Shown here: positions 1 through 9,887 of the stretch, one piece after another
Layout of the letters: each line of letters starts with the position of its first letter
Position numbering within the stretch: the stretch's first letter is position 1
Notes under the pieces: generated by a model
What the model was told of the DNA's origin: nothing
The model's input: the letters and a program-made list of their open reading frames with translations, nothing else
Databases searched by the model: none
Virus record (IMG/VR): IMGVR_UViG_3300048625_000299
Location: 62,001 to 126,000 of that record
Length of the DNA stretch: 64,000 bases
Direction: 5' to 3' (one strand)
Translations under genes and position numbers: made by a program

Positions 1-15
1 CGGTATATTACGATT

Positions 16-411
16 ATGATCGACCCCATGAAACATAAGGTGTTTGGGCTAGATACATTAAACCCTTCAGGAATGGTGTGGTGTGTGGAAGGGCCAATCG
101 ACTCGTTGTTTTTACCGAATTGTGTTGCGATGGCTGGAGCTGATGTCGATCTAAATACAATACTCCCTAATAAGCCCGCTAGCGAGTTCGTCGTCATCAT
201 GGATAACGAACCACGCAACGAGCAGATCATTCGACGGATCGAAAATTCAATCGATCGTGGATACAACGTTTGCATCTGGCCAAACGACCTTCCTTATAAG
301 GACGTCAATGATATGGTACTTGCGGGGCTTGATCCTGAGGCCATCATTAGAGATAATATTAAGTCTGGGTTGTCTGCGCTTGCAGCATTAACACAATGGA
401 AAAAAATATGA
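16..411 (+). CDS. T4 gp61-like DNA primase, C-terminal TOPRIM part (gene begins before the window)
   Basis: VEGPIDSLF, MDNEPRN and KDVNDM motifs typical of gp61. Confidence 0.9.
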   Translation: MIDPMKHKVFGLDTLNPSGMVWCVEGPIDSLFLPNCVAMAGADVDLNTILPNKPASEFVVIMDNEPRNEQIIRRIENSIDRGYNVCIWPNDLPYKDVNDMVLAGLDPEAIIRDNIKSGLSALAALTQWKKI

Positions 412-596
412 GTAAATTATTGAGTGAATTTGTACAGGATAGTCGTCGAGCTGTTGTACTCGCAGTCGACAACGGGTATGCAGTCGAGTTATGGGAAAGC
501 GATACACTAAAGCGCACCCAAACTATTACTGGACATACAGAGCAGTATGCAGATGACTGCGCAGAGAATTGGGTAATCGGAGTAACTAAACAATAA
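408..596 (+). CDS. hypothetical protein
   Basis: ATGA overlap with primase stop; fills the gap before thyX. Confidence 0.7.
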   Translation: MSKLLSEFVQDSRRAVVLAVDNGYAVELWESDTLKRTQTITGHTEQYADDCAENWVIGVTKQ

Positions 597-600
597 CATT

Positions 601-1290
601 ATGAAAATTAAATTAGTGAGCCATTCAAAGCCAACGAGAGATTTGGCATCAGAAGGTCTTTATGATATGCAGGAGCTGGTAGCATACTGCGCTAGGGTAT
701 CTAATCCAGCTAATCAGATGAATATGGCGACATCTGAGAAATTGATCAAGTATCTAATCGCTAACCAACATTGGTCACCGCTCGAGATGGTTAGCGCATG
801 TATCGAGATTGAAACGACCCGAGACATTGCAAGACAGATCCTACGTCATCGATCATTCTCTTTCCAAGAATTTAGCCAACGCTACGCTGACCCTACAAAA
901 GAGTTGGATGAAGCCTTTGTCCTAAGAGAATGCCGGTTGCAAGATGAGAAGAATCGTCAGAACAGTATTCAGATTGATATTTCTAATCCCGATCAGCGTG
1001 CACTCGCTATCGAATGGGAAAGATCACAGAAGCGTGTTCTCACGTGGGTTAAACAAGAGTATGCATGGGCAATCAAGAGCGGTATTGCCAAGGAGCAGGC
1101 CCGCGCATTGCTCCCAGAAGGCCTAACAATCTCGCGTCTTTATATGAACGGAACATTGCGTTCTTGGATTCACTATATACAACTCCGTGCAGCAAACGGG
1201 ACTCAACGAGAGCATATTGAAATCGCTAAAGCATGTGCTGAAGTAATTGCAGAAGTCTTCCCACTGACTAAGCAATTGGTACAAGAATAA
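601..1290 (+). CDS. thyX: flavin-dependent thymidylate synthase
   Basis: RHRSFSFQEFSQRY ThyX motif; HWSPLE; final QREH. Confidence 0.97.
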   Translation: MKIKLVSHSKPTRDLASEGLYDMQELVAYCARVSNPANQMNMATSEKLIKYLIANQHWSPLEMVSACIEIETTRDIARQILRHRSFSFQEFSQRYADPTKELDEAFVLRECRLQDEKNRQNSIQIDISNPDQRALAIEWERSQKRVLTWVKQEYAWAIKSGIAKEQARALLPEGLTISRLYMNGTLRSWIHYIQLRAANGTQREHIEIAKACAEVIAEVFPLTKQLVQE

Positions 1291-1309
1291 TAATAAAATT
1301 GGAGTGTTT

Positions 1310-3106
1310 ATGGAAGATGTAGTTCACGGCATCAAGGTCGACTATTCGCGAGACCAGCTGTTCGATATATTAGGTATTAAGCGACTCAGAGAGTCGTATA
1401 TGAAAGAAGAAGAGAAGTCCCCACAAGAAAGATTCGCGTATGTATCAAATGCGTTCGGCTCAAATGAAGCGCACGCTCAACGTCTGTATAACTATGCTAG
1501 TAAGCATTGGTTGTCATATAGCACTCCTATTCTTAGTTATGGCCGCTCTGCCCGTGGTCTTCCTATATCATGTTTCCTACCTTATCTCCATGATTCGTCG
1601 TCGGGATTGGTAGACACGCTTTCAGAAGTTAACTGGCTGAGCATGCTCGGCGGTGGAGTTGGTATTGGTGTCGGCATTCGGTCAGCGGACGACAAATCGG
1701 TCGGCGTAATGCCTCACCTCCGCACATATGATGCTAGCAGCTTGGCATATCGTCAAGGTTCTACTAGACGTGGATCGTATGCTGCTTACCTTGATATCAG
1801 CCATCCAGATATTCACATCTTCTTGGATATGCGCAAGCCAACAGGTGATCCTAATATGCGTGCATTGAATCTGCACCACGGAATCAATATTCCAGATGCG
1901 TTCATGGAAATCATCGAACGCTGTATGAAGGACCCTACTGCAAATGATGATTGGGAATTGAAAGATCCCCATGATGGAGCCGTTCGCGAAGTTGTGTCGG
2001 CCAAGTTGCTGTGGCAGCAAATTATGGATCTGAGAATGCATACTGGCGAGCCATACTTGCATTTTATCGATACTAGCAATCGCATGATGCCCGAGTTTCA
2101 GAAGAAGCTTGGCTTAAGCATCAAGCAGAGCAACCTTTGCAGTGAAATTATTTTACCAACTGACAAAGAGCGTACGGCTGTATGCTGCTTGTCTTCTGTG
2201 AATTTGGAGTACTATGATGAGTGGAAAGATGACGGACTTTTTCTTCGGGACATCGCTGAGATGCTTGATAACGTTTTGCAGTATTTCATTGATAATGCTT
2301 CTGACAGCATATCGAGAGCAAAATATTCAGCTAGCCGTGAGCGCAGTATTGGTATCGGTGCCCTCGGCTTTCATGCTTATCTACAAAAGAACGACATCCC
2401 GTTCGAGAGTGCACTCGCAAAATCAGCAAACAACAAGATCTTCAAGCACATAAGATCTAATCTCGATGTTGCGAACAAACAACTGGGCGCTGAGCGAGGC
2501 GAGGCTCCTGATGCAGCTGGCACTGGATTGCGCTTTAGTCATCTTATGGCTATCGCTCCCAACGCTTCGAGCTCAATTATCATGGGAAATACTTCTCCTT
2601 CTATTGAGCCCTACCGCGCTAATGCTTATAGACAGGACACGCTTTCCGGCGCGCACTTGAATAAGAATAAGTTCTTGGATAAGATCATCCAAGTTGAGGC
2701 AGCTAACCATAAAGAAGGTTGGGCAGATGATGTGTGGTCGTCTATCATTGCTAATGATGGTTCCGTACAGCATCTTGACTGGCTATCCGATTGGAACAAG
2801 GATGTGTTCAAGACATCGATGGAAATCGATCAGCGCTGGATCATCGAACATGCTGCTGATCGCCAACAACATATCGATCAGGCTCAGTCGTTGAACGTAT
2901 TCTTCCGTCCAGATGCTAACGTCAAGTACATTCATGCAGTTCACTTCCTAGCCTGGAAGCTAGGATTGCCTACGATGTATTATTGCCGCAGCGAGAAGCT
3001 CGCGAAGGCCGACAAGGTATCGAAGAGAATCGAACGACAAGTGATCCAAGAGATTGACTTGAAGGCGGTTGCTGATGGCGATGTTTGCTTAGCATGCGAA
3101 GGTTGA
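1310..3106 (+). CDS. nrdA: class Ia ribonucleotide reductase alpha subunit (short, no obvious ATP cone)
   Basis: SNLCSEI, APNASSS, YYCR and C-terminal CLACEG; GGAG SD before ATG 1310. Confidence 0.97.
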   Translation: MEDVVHGIKVDYSRDQLFDILGIKRLRESYMKEEEKSPQERFAYVSNAFGSNEAHAQRLYNYASKHWLSYSTPILSYGRSARGLPISCFLPYLHDSSSGLVDTLSEVNWLSMLGGGVGIGVGIRSADDKSVGVMPHLRTYDASSLAYRQGSTRRGSYAAYLDISHPDIHIFLDMRKPTGDPNMRALNLHHGINIPDAFMEIIERCMKDPTANDDWELKDPHDGAVREVVSAKLLWQQIMDLRMHTGEPYLHFIDTSNRMMPEFQKKLGLSIKQSNLCSEIILPTDKERTAVCCLSSVNLEYYDEWKDDGLFLRDIAEMLDNVLQYFIDNASDSISRAKYSASRERSIGIGALGFHAYLQKNDIPFESALAKSANNKIFKHIRSNLDVANKQLGAERGEAPDAAGTGLRFSHLMAIAPNASSSIIMGNTSPSIEPYRANAYRQDTLSGAHLNKNKFLDKIIQVEAANHKEGWADDVWSSIIANDGSVQHLDWLSDWNKDVFKTSMEIDQRWIIEHAADRQQHIDQAQSLNVFFRPDANVKYIHAVHFLAWKLGLPTMYYCRSEKLAKADKVSKRIERQVIQEIDLKAVADGDVCLACEG

Positions 3107-3109
3107 TAT

Positions 3110-3301
3110 ATGGACGCCCGCGACTTATCTGAGCTAGTTTTTAAATTGTGGCAGGAGAAATATCCTAAGGACAGTGGAACGATCCACAAGTCTCTAAAGA
3201 AAGTTCCTGTCGCTGTATGGACAGAACATGGGTATAGAGAAGTCGTCGGTGCCCATATTAACGACTTAGGGTTTATAGAATTGGAATTGGAACAAGAATG
3301 A
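3110..3301 (+). CDS. hypothetical protein
   Basis: Tightly packed ORF overlapping the next start. Confidence 0.6.
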   Translation: MDARDLSELVFKLWQEKYPKDSGTIHKSLKKVPVAVWTEHGYREVVGAHINDLGFIELELEQE

Positions 3302-3546
3302 AAGTACTGAAATTTGAAGCTTCATGGTGCTCGCCATGCAAAATGTTGTCACGTGTCATTGAAGATGCAAAGGACAAGATCACTGCAGAGATTGAGTGTG
3401 TAGACATCGACGAAAATGCCGACCTCGCAAAGCAATACGGAATCAGAGGCGTGCCTACAATGGTAGTCGTTGATAGTGAAGGCAAGGAAATCAAGCGTCA
3501 ATCTGGCATGATGATGGAATCGCAATTGCTGCAGTTCCTCAGCTAA
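3298..3546 (+). CDS. trx: thioredoxin
   Basis: WCSPCK active site; IRGVPT cis-Pro motif. Confidence 0.93.
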   Translation: MKVLKFEASWCSPCKMLSRVIEDAKDKITAEIECVDIDENADLAKQYGIRGVPTMVVVDSEGKEIKRQSGMMMESQLLQFLS

Positions 3547-3575
3547 TGCTGACACAATGTGGGCATATCGATACG

Positions 3576-3582
3576 ATAAATA
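3576..3582 (+). promoter_or_regulatory. T4-type late promoter candidate (ATAAATA)
   Basis: Matches the TAAATA core, upstream of the fibre gene. Confidence 0.5.
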
Positions 3583-3610
3583 TTACAATGCCCACATTCT
3601 CCAACCTAAC

Positions 3611-4762
3611 ATGACCACGATCACCCTTCCAAAAAGAGTCCTTACCCATAAGGAAACGCTGACCAACAAGTATGGCAGCGTTGCGACGTCGGTTGTGCCA
3701 GATGCGGGAATATCGTTCGATGCTCCCGCAGTAGATAGCATTAACCGTGCTACAGCGAATACGCTCGATGTATTCAGCAACACGCTTGTACAGTATGCTA
3801 ACACCATCACCACACAAGCGACTGAGCTGCTACAGATACAAACGAGCGTCGCAACGTTGGCTGCAGCGAAAGCAAATTCTGTATCACCTACGATAGATAA
3901 TGCAACACTGAATGGTAATACTGCCATATCGAAGATTGTCGCTAATAGTTCGTTGGGTACGACTGGCCAATACTTGGCGTCTGGTGGTGGCAATAATATG
4001 TATTGGGCCACCTTTGCTGTGGCTGGTACACCATCTCTTGATGCTGTTGTTGGGGTAGGTGGCTCTACATCCAAAGCCATATCGGTAGGCAATACTACAA
4101 TCAACGGAACAGCAACAATATCGCAGCATGCGATGATTGGCCCTGTAGCTGGCAGTGTTACGTCCGGTAATCAGACGAGTCTAGAGATACGAAATAACGG
4201 AGGTACGGGTGATGGAGACGTCGCGGCTGTATCGTACCATTGTGCTGGATACTATGCTGTACATCAACATCTAAGAGCAGATGGTTACTTTGGTATCGGT
4301 GGCTGGTCAGCAGAATCGTGGAGATGGTACATCAACACCACCAACGGCGATATGACTGCTGCAGGTAACATCACCGCTTATTCTGATCCACGACTGAAGG
4401 AAGACGTCACCCCAATCGAGTCCGCGCTTGCTAAGGTGCTATCGTGGAATGGGGTCAGATATCGCTGGAAGTCAAACTCCGCGATCGGTCAGCCAGGCAA
4501 GTACGACTATGGTATTCTTTCACCGGATATCGCAGCAAATGCTCCAGAACTTGTCGTAGATTCAGTATGGGATTCGGAAGACGGCGACAAGTATAAGACA
4601 GTAGCATATCAAAAGCTGTCTCCATTCTTGATAGAAGCTATCAAGGAACAGCAAGGAATCATCGATACACAACAATCGACTATCGATAAGCTGCAAAGAC
4701 AAATAGAAGACATTATGAATCGTTTGATATCGGTTGAAGGTAACGCCGGTTCTGATTTATAA
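3611..4762 (+). CDS. tail fibre/spike protein with C-terminal peptidase S74 intramolecular chaperone (ORF track start 3557; 3611 preferred)
   Basis: G/T/S-rich fibre body; SDPRLKEDV...APELV...LIEAIKEQQ coiled coil. Confidence 0.85.
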   Translation: MTTITLPKRVLTHKETLTNKYGSVATSVVPDAGISFDAPAVDSINRATANTLDVFSNTLVQYANTITTQATELLQIQTSVATLAAAKANSVSPTIDNATLNGNTAISKIVANSSLGTTGQYLASGGGNNMYWATFAVAGTPSLDAVVGVGGSTSKAISVGNTTINGTATISQHAMIGPVAGSVTSGNQTSLEIRNNGGTGDGDVAAVSYHCAGYYAVHQHLRADGYFGIGGWSAESWRWYINTTNGDMTAAGNITAYSDPRLKEDVTPIESALAKVLSWNGVRYRWKSNSAIGQPGKYDYGILSPDIAANAPELVVDSVWDSEDGDKYKTVAYQKLSPFLIEAIKEQQGIIDTQQSTIDKLQRQIEDIMNRLISVEGNAGSDL

Positions 4763-4789
4763 TGCATTAACATTAACGGCTAGAATAAT

Positions 4790-5770
4790 ATGAACGCTAA
4801 AAGAAAACTTAGATTAACAGACGAACGCAGCTCATTCAAACCATTTAACTACCCATGGGCATATGACGCGTGGTTAAAGCATGAGCAAAGCCACTGGCTC
4901 CACACTGAAGTGCCGATGTTAGAGGATGTGAAAGATTGGAAAAACAAACTAACCAAGGAAGAGAAGCACTTCCTAACAAACATCTTCAGGTTCTTCACAC
5001 AAGGCGATGTGGACGTAGCTGGCGGATACGTGAAGAACTACTTGCCTTACTTCCCACAACCGGAAGTCCGTATGATGCTCACTGGTTTTGCAGCAAGGGA
5101 AGCTCTTCATGTAGCTGCTTACAGTCATTTGATCGAGACTTTAGGGATGCCGGAATCGACGTACAACGAGTTCCTTCAATACGAAGAGATGAGAGACAAG
5201 CACGACTACTTCTTATCTTTGGCGGGGCAAGATGCGACGACGATCGCACAACAGATTGCAGCCTTCTCTGCGTTTACGGAAGGGATGCAACTATTCTCCA
5301 GTTTCATTATGCTGTTGAACTTTGCGCGCCACGGCAAGATGAAGGGGATGGGACAGATTGTCACATGGTCGATCGTCGATGAAACAATGCATGCGGAAGG
5401 CATGATCAAGTTGTTCAGAACATTCATCGAAGAGAACAAAGATATTTGGAATGATGACCTCAAGGGTCAGATCTACAGCATTGCTGAAAAAATGGTTGCG
5501 TTAGAAGATCGCTTCATCGATCTTGCTTTCAGTCTGGGCGCTATGCAAGACCTAACCGCGGCAGATGTGAAACAATATATACGTTACATCACTGATCGTA
5601 GATTGATTAGCCTTGGTCTCAAGGGAATTATGAAGGTCAAGAAGAATCCTTTGCCATGGGTTGAGGAAATGATCAACGCTCCGACGCATACAAACTTCTT
5701 TGAAAATCGCGCCACTGATTATGCAAAAGGCGCAACTACTGGTTCGTGGGAAGACGTCTGGGCAAAATAA
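4790..5770 (+). CDS. nrdB: ribonucleotide reductase beta subunit
   Basis: FFTQGD, EALHVAAYS, EGMQLFSSF, DETMH, NFFE motifs. Confidence 0.97.
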   Translation: MNAKRKLRLTDERSSFKPFNYPWAYDAWLKHEQSHWLHTEVPMLEDVKDWKNKLTKEEKHFLTNIFRFFTQGDVDVAGGYVKNYLPYFPQPEVRMMLTGFAAREALHVAAYSHLIETLGMPESTYNEFLQYEEMRDKHDYFLSLAGQDATTIAQQIAAFSAFTEGMQLFSSFIMLLNFARHGKMKGMGQIVTWSIVDETMHAEGMIKLFRTFIEENKDIWNDDLKGQIYSIAEKMVALEDRFIDLAFSLGAMQDLTAADVKQYIRYITDRRLISLGLKGIMKVKKNPLPWVEEMINAPTHTNFFENRATDYAKGATTGSWEDVWAK

Positions 5771-5782
5771 TAAGGAGAACGC

Positions 5783-5971
5783 ATGAAGTTCAATAACGAA
5801 GACATTATGCTATGCACAGAATGTGATGCGGAATTTACAGTACACCGCTTAGACGATGATGGTGATGATAGTGAGGTAGAGTTCTGCCCATATTGTGGTA
5901 ATCCTTTGGGGTTGGAGTTGGACGATGAGAACGATGAAGATCCCACAGAAGGTGTATACTACAACGACTGA
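5783..5971 (+). CDS. small acidic zinc-ribbon protein
   Basis: CTEC...CPYCG; AAGGAG SD. Confidence 0.8.
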   Translation: MKFNNEDIMLCTECDAEFTVHRLDDDGDDSEVEFCPYCGNPLGLELDDENDEDPTEGVYYND

Positions 5972-5977
5972 CGAAAC

Positions 5978-5995
5978 CTAAATAGTCCGTAAATA
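5978..5995 (+). promoter_or_regulatory. tandem late promoter candidates (CTAAATA, GTAAATA)
   Basis: TAAATA cores in the intergenic gap before 6040. Confidence 0.5.
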
Positions 5996-6039
5996 TATGA
6001 TGATTTGGTGATCTAGATCAACATTCTTAAAGGACTAAC

Positions 6040-6513
6040 ATGATCAAAAAGCTCGTAATCGCGGGTCTTTTTGTTATGGCTTCATCCCTTACAATGGGTC
6101 AGAGCGACCCTATTGTAACTGACTCGACATCCAGAAGCACCACGACTTCTATTAGTGAGACTACTGTTAAGTCTCCACCACCTACTGCTGTAGCTCCAGC
6201 AATTACTGTTATCAATAGTGACGTATGCGCTGTTGCTGCATCCGGTGCCGTCCAGACTCAAATCCTTGGTATTTCCATGGGCGGCACAATGACTGACTAC
6301 AATTGTGAACGTATCAAGCTAGCACGTGGTGTTTATGATATGGGCATGAAGGTGGCTGCTGTTGCTATCATGTGTCAAGATGAGCGTGTATTCACTGCGA
6401 TGATGAATGCGGGTACACCTTGTCCCATTGATGGTAAGATTGGCTCACAAGCCAAGGAAATCTGGGACGCAAATCCAGAACGCATCCCACAGAAAATCAA
6501 GAGCACTAGATGA
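6040..6513 (+). CDS. exported Cys-containing protein
   Basis: Signal-peptide-like N-terminus, Thr/Ser linker, 4 Cys. Confidence 0.8.
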   Translation: MIKKLVIAGLFVMASSLTMGQSDPIVTDSTSRSTTTSISETTVKSPPPTAVAPAITVINSDVCAVAASGAVQTQILGISMGGTMTDYNCERIKLARGVYDMGMKVAAVAIMCQDERVFTAMMNAGTPCPIDGKIGSQAKEIWDANPERIPQKIKSTR

Positions 6514-8810
6514 TCAAGAGATACCTAGCAATCATGTTGTTAGGAGTCTCTAGTGTTTTTGCTCAAACAGTTCAGACGACTCCTAACCTAATTACGTCAG
6601 GTACGACACATACGTGGTCGGGAGTTACTACGGGCACAATCGGGTCGAATTATATGCCAGCTGGCAGCACGTCGGCACCCCGCTATGACCCTGCCACGAA
6701 TAGCATTAGCTTTAGCTATGGCCAAGCCACCATATCACAGACAACCGCAATTAATAATGCGCTAGCTGGCGTAGGTGCTGGTGTTAAGATTAATGGCTAT
6801 ACCTACAGCTACGACACGCGCAATATGAATGGCGACGATCGTCAAGGTAGCGTGGACACATACACAGTCACTACGAAGATGACGAGTAGCGCAGGGGCTA
6901 CGTTGATGTCGGCAACGCGGACATTCAATACAAAATTTGACTGGACTACCATTAGCGGCACTCAAACATCAACAACGCCATATGCAGTAGGTGACGTCGG
7001 AACGTTGCAATTCAGCGCAGCTGGTAAGGACAGTGGGTTTTGGGGTGGATACTTTGGCCCACAGATTCGTAATGTCGATATGCGACTGAATTATACAGTC
7101 GACCCATGTGCAACGAATCCGGCGTATAATCCATCATGTGCTAACTTCGGCACTGTGCAATATAGTTCCAACTTAGTACCCAACCCATATGGATATGCTG
7201 TTTATGGAAGCTCGATTGAACAGACGTATGCAATAAACCAGGCTTTAGGACAGGCAGGTGCAGGAGCGACGATCCACGGGTTCCAATGGGGATACCAAGC
7301 AAATGCAAATGGACCATATTGCGCAAGTTGGTTTCTCGTATGCTTCGATGAGCGTACCCCAAGCGTACAGACTAACGTGAACATTACAAGCAGCACTGGC
7401 GCAAGTTTGTATAGTATATCGCGCACATACACCAACAGCTATAACACTACTAGCTATCAATACCTATTTCCAACAAGTAGATCAATATCTACGCTGGGTA
7501 ATTTTCAGTTTACAGCGACGACAAATGATGCTGCCTACATTGGGGATATGTGGAGTAAGGCTGTTTATACGCCAGACCCATGCTCCGTCGACCCACTAAG
7601 CAATCAGAGCTGCCCAGGATATGCTGCTGCTTACCAAACTCAGCAATGCACGATCAGTGCGCTCTACAATTCCGCATGCCCAGGATATGCAGTGGCATAT
7701 TTCAATCAGCAATGCACTAACAACCCACTATACAACCAATCATGTTCTGGTTATGCGGCTGCATACCTGATACAACAATGCTCGATCAATCCATTATACA
7801 GCACGACGTGTTCGGGATACGATACCGCATACTTCAACCAACAATGTGCCGCTGACCCTCTATATAACAGCCGTTGTCCAGGGTATACACAAGCATATCA
7901 CGATCAACAGTGCTCAATCAATCCACTATATGCCTCAGACTGTATAGGATATACGCAAGCCTATCATACACAACAATGCACAGCCAACGCTTTGTATGCT
8001 ACTGACTGTCCGGGGTATCAATCTGCATATAAGACACAACAGTGTTCAATTAACGCTCTATATGCTACTGACTGTCCAGGGTATGACCGAGCATACTTGA
8101 ATTCTCGTTGTATACAAGACTCGCTCTATAGTCCGCTATGTGAGGGGTATAAGACTGCATATGCAATTAAGTACTTGACGAATCTCAATCCGGCCGTGAC
8201 TACCGCCGTCAATCAACAACTGACAGAGACTGTAGAAGTACAGAAGGCTGCTGTAGCAGCTGCTGACCCAGTAAGCACAGCGACGACGAATACACCAAGC
8301 ACGACTTCTGCATCGTCGATTTCACCTACTGCTACAATCTCCGCAGTTAGACCAGCGCCGCCTCCTGCTACAGGACCAGTGGCGCAAGCAGAACCGAAGA
8401 AGGACGAAAAGAAGGCAGACGATAAACCACAGGGTGGTGGGGGCAGCAGTGAGCAGAAAGCCGATGGTCCAAAACCAAAGACTGCTAGAGAAGAGCTTGC
8501 AGCCAAGCGTGAAGAAGCTGCTAAAAAGGAAGCTGTTGCTAAAAGTAAAGACCTTGCTAATCAAATGGGTCAGGCTGCCAACTTAGAAGCCCAAAAGGCT
8601 ATACAGAACGTCGTTATACAGGCAATGGGGTTCACGCCTGGGTTTGATCAGTATGGTAAGAGTGTAATGCCGGACGCGCAGTTCTATCGTCCGTTTAGTG
8701 TGTATGGTGGCCAGAAGAATATTGATAGTCGTACAGGTCTCCGAATGTTCGGAGGCAGTGATATGGTGCATGAGGAAATGATCAATTCACAATATCAAAT
8801 AGGAAAATAA
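6510..8810 (+). CDS. large exported protein: duplicated beta-rich domain, Cys repeats, low-complexity and coiled tail
   Basis: Signal peptide; nine 22-aa Cys repeats. Confidence 0.85.
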   Translation: MIKRYLAIMLLGVSSVFAQTVQTTPNLITSGTTHTWSGVTTGTIGSNYMPAGSTSAPRYDPATNSISFSYGQATISQTTAINNALAGVGAGVKINGYTYSYDTRNMNGDDRQGSVDTYTVTTKMTSSAGATLMSATRTFNTKFDWTTISGTQTSTTPYAVGDVGTLQFSAAGKDSGFWGGYFGPQIRNVDMRLNYTVDPCATNPAYNPSCANFGTVQYSSNLVPNPYGYAVYGSSIEQTYAINQALGQAGAGATIHGFQWGYQANANGPYCASWFLVCFDERTPSVQTNVNITSSTGASLYSISRTYTNSYNTTSYQYLFPTSRSISTLGNFQFTATTNDAAYIGDMWSKAVYTPDPCSVDPLSNQSCPGYAAAYQTQQCTISALYNSACPGYAVAYFNQQCTNNPLYNQSCSGYAAAYLIQQCSINPLYSTTCSGYDTAYFNQQCAADPLYNSRCPGYTQAYHDQQCSINPLYASDCIGYTQAYHTQQCTANALYATDCPGYQSAYKTQQCSINALYATDCPGYDRAYLNSRCIQDSLYSPLCEGYKTAYAIKYLTNLNPAVTTAVNQQLTETVEVQKAAVAAADPVSTATTNTPSTTSASSISPTATISAVRPAPPPATGPVAQAEPKKDEKKADDKPQGGGGSSEQKADGPKPKTAREELAAKREEAAKKEAVAKSKDLANQMGQAANLEAQKAIQNVVIQAMGFTPGFDQYGKSVMPDAQFYRPFSVYGGQKNIDSRTGLRMFGGSDMVHEEMINSQYQIGK
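7575..8168 (+). repeat. nine tandem 66-bp (22-aa) coding repeats, QQCxxN(P/A)LYxxxC(P/S)GYxxAY
   Basis: Directly visible in the translation. Confidence 0.92.
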
Positions 8811-8811
8811 A

Positions 8812-9618
8812 ATGTCAGAAGAAAATAACAAACCAGACGAAGAGCTGGATGATGATGCTGAAGGTACTTCGGAAGATCAAGTCGAAGATGAAGCTGTAGG
8901 AGAAGAGGCTGCTGAAGAAGAGTCGACTACGAGTGAGATTGCTGGCGCATTAGCTGGTATGGCCGCTGCCGGTGCTGCCGCGCGCAAGGGCGGTAAGAAG
9001 CCAACTAAGGCAACTGGCAAGACTACTAAAGGCAAGGCAGTTGCTAAGCCAAAGGCTGCTCCAGTAGCAAAGACAGCAGTCGCTAAACCTAAGCCGGTGA
9101 TGCCAGCTGGTACGATCGACGTCAATGCTGAGGTTGAAAAGCTTCAAGGTCTCGCCGACAAGAACAAGGTATGGACTGTGGCTGGATACAGCTTCACTCC
9201 AGCAAAGCTGATGATTCTTGGAACGATTCTATCTACTGCTCTCGGTAGCTTATATGGTGCGTTTGAAGTGTATAAAGACTATCAGGATATGAAAGTCAAG
9301 ATCGCAAAGTATATTGCGCCTGACCTATCTGAAATCTATAAGAAGGTAGAGATTGCAGAGCAGAACTCTGAGAAGTCGGTTCAGTATACTCAAGATATTA
9401 AGAACGACTTGAAGAGTGATATTCGTCGCTTGGAGAGTGTCGTCGATAGCGTTGAGCGTGGTGCGAAACAATCTGCTCGTGATTCTGATCTTGCTGTGCG
9501 TGAAGTTCAACAAGAGCTTCGTAAGAGTGGTAAGGAAACGGATCAATCGATTAAACAAGTACAACGTGAAGTGGATATCAAGATCCAAAAGGCTCTTGAT
9601 AACCCACTCGCCAAATAA
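8812..9618 (+). CDS. single-pass membrane protein with acidic and Lys/Ala-rich N-terminus and C-terminal coiled coil
   Basis: LMILGTILSTALGSLYGAF TM segment; heptad pattern. Confidence 0.8.
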   Translation: MSEENNKPDEELDDDAEGTSEDQVEDEAVGEEAAEEESTTSEIAGALAGMAAAGAAARKGGKKPTKATGKTTKGKAVAKPKAAPVAKTAVAKPKPVMPAGTIDVNAEVEKLQGLADKNKVWTVAGYSFTPAKLMILGTILSTALGSLYGAFEVYKDYQDMKVKIAKYIAPDLSEIYKKVEIAEQNSEKSVQYTQDIKNDLKSDIRRLESVVDSVERGAKQSARDSDLAVREVQQELRKSGKETDQSIKQVQREVDIKIQKALDNPLAK

Positions 9619-9619
9619 G

Positions 9620-9775
9620 CTACCGCTTTAAGTTGTAGTTGTTGCCGTCAGCCCTAGCATCTAGGTAGTGGCTGTCGCTTCTATGATAGAGCTGCTTACT
9701 CCACTGACTGTCTTCGGATGGTTTGTGGAAGGCAGCTCTCACTTTTTGCATAATATAACTGATGAATTTATTCAT
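9620..9775 (-). CDS. 51-aa hypothetical protein MNKFISYIMQKV... (below the ORF-track cutoff)
   Basis: Manual translation; overlaps the stop of the upstream minus-strand ORF. Confidence 0.55.
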   Translation of the reverse strand: MNKFISYIMQKVRAAFHKPSEDSQWSKQLYHRSDSHYLDARADGNNYNLKR

Positions 9776-9860
9776 CTTGACCTTTGTCGATCCACTCTTT
9801 TGATTTGATCAATCCATAGAGTATTCCGCCAACGATGATTATGGACACTATATACCCCAT
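9768..9860 (-). CDS. 30-aa single-TM microprotein MGYIVSIIIVGGILYGLIKSKEWIDKGQDE
   Basis: Strong AAAGGAGATTAAC-ATG RBS; hydrophobic helix. Confidence 0.7.
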   Translation of the reverse strand: MGYIVSIIIVGGILYGLIKSKEWIDKGQDE

Positions 9861-9887
9861 GTTAATCTCCTTTGAGTTATATAGGTA

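Noticed and set aside
1310-5770. Intron or intein in nrdA/nrdB
   Set aside because: Both ORFs are continuous and of normal length
7575-8168. CRISPR-like or DGR repeat array
   Set aside because: Repeats are degenerate at codon level and in frame; no spacers or reverse transcriptase seen
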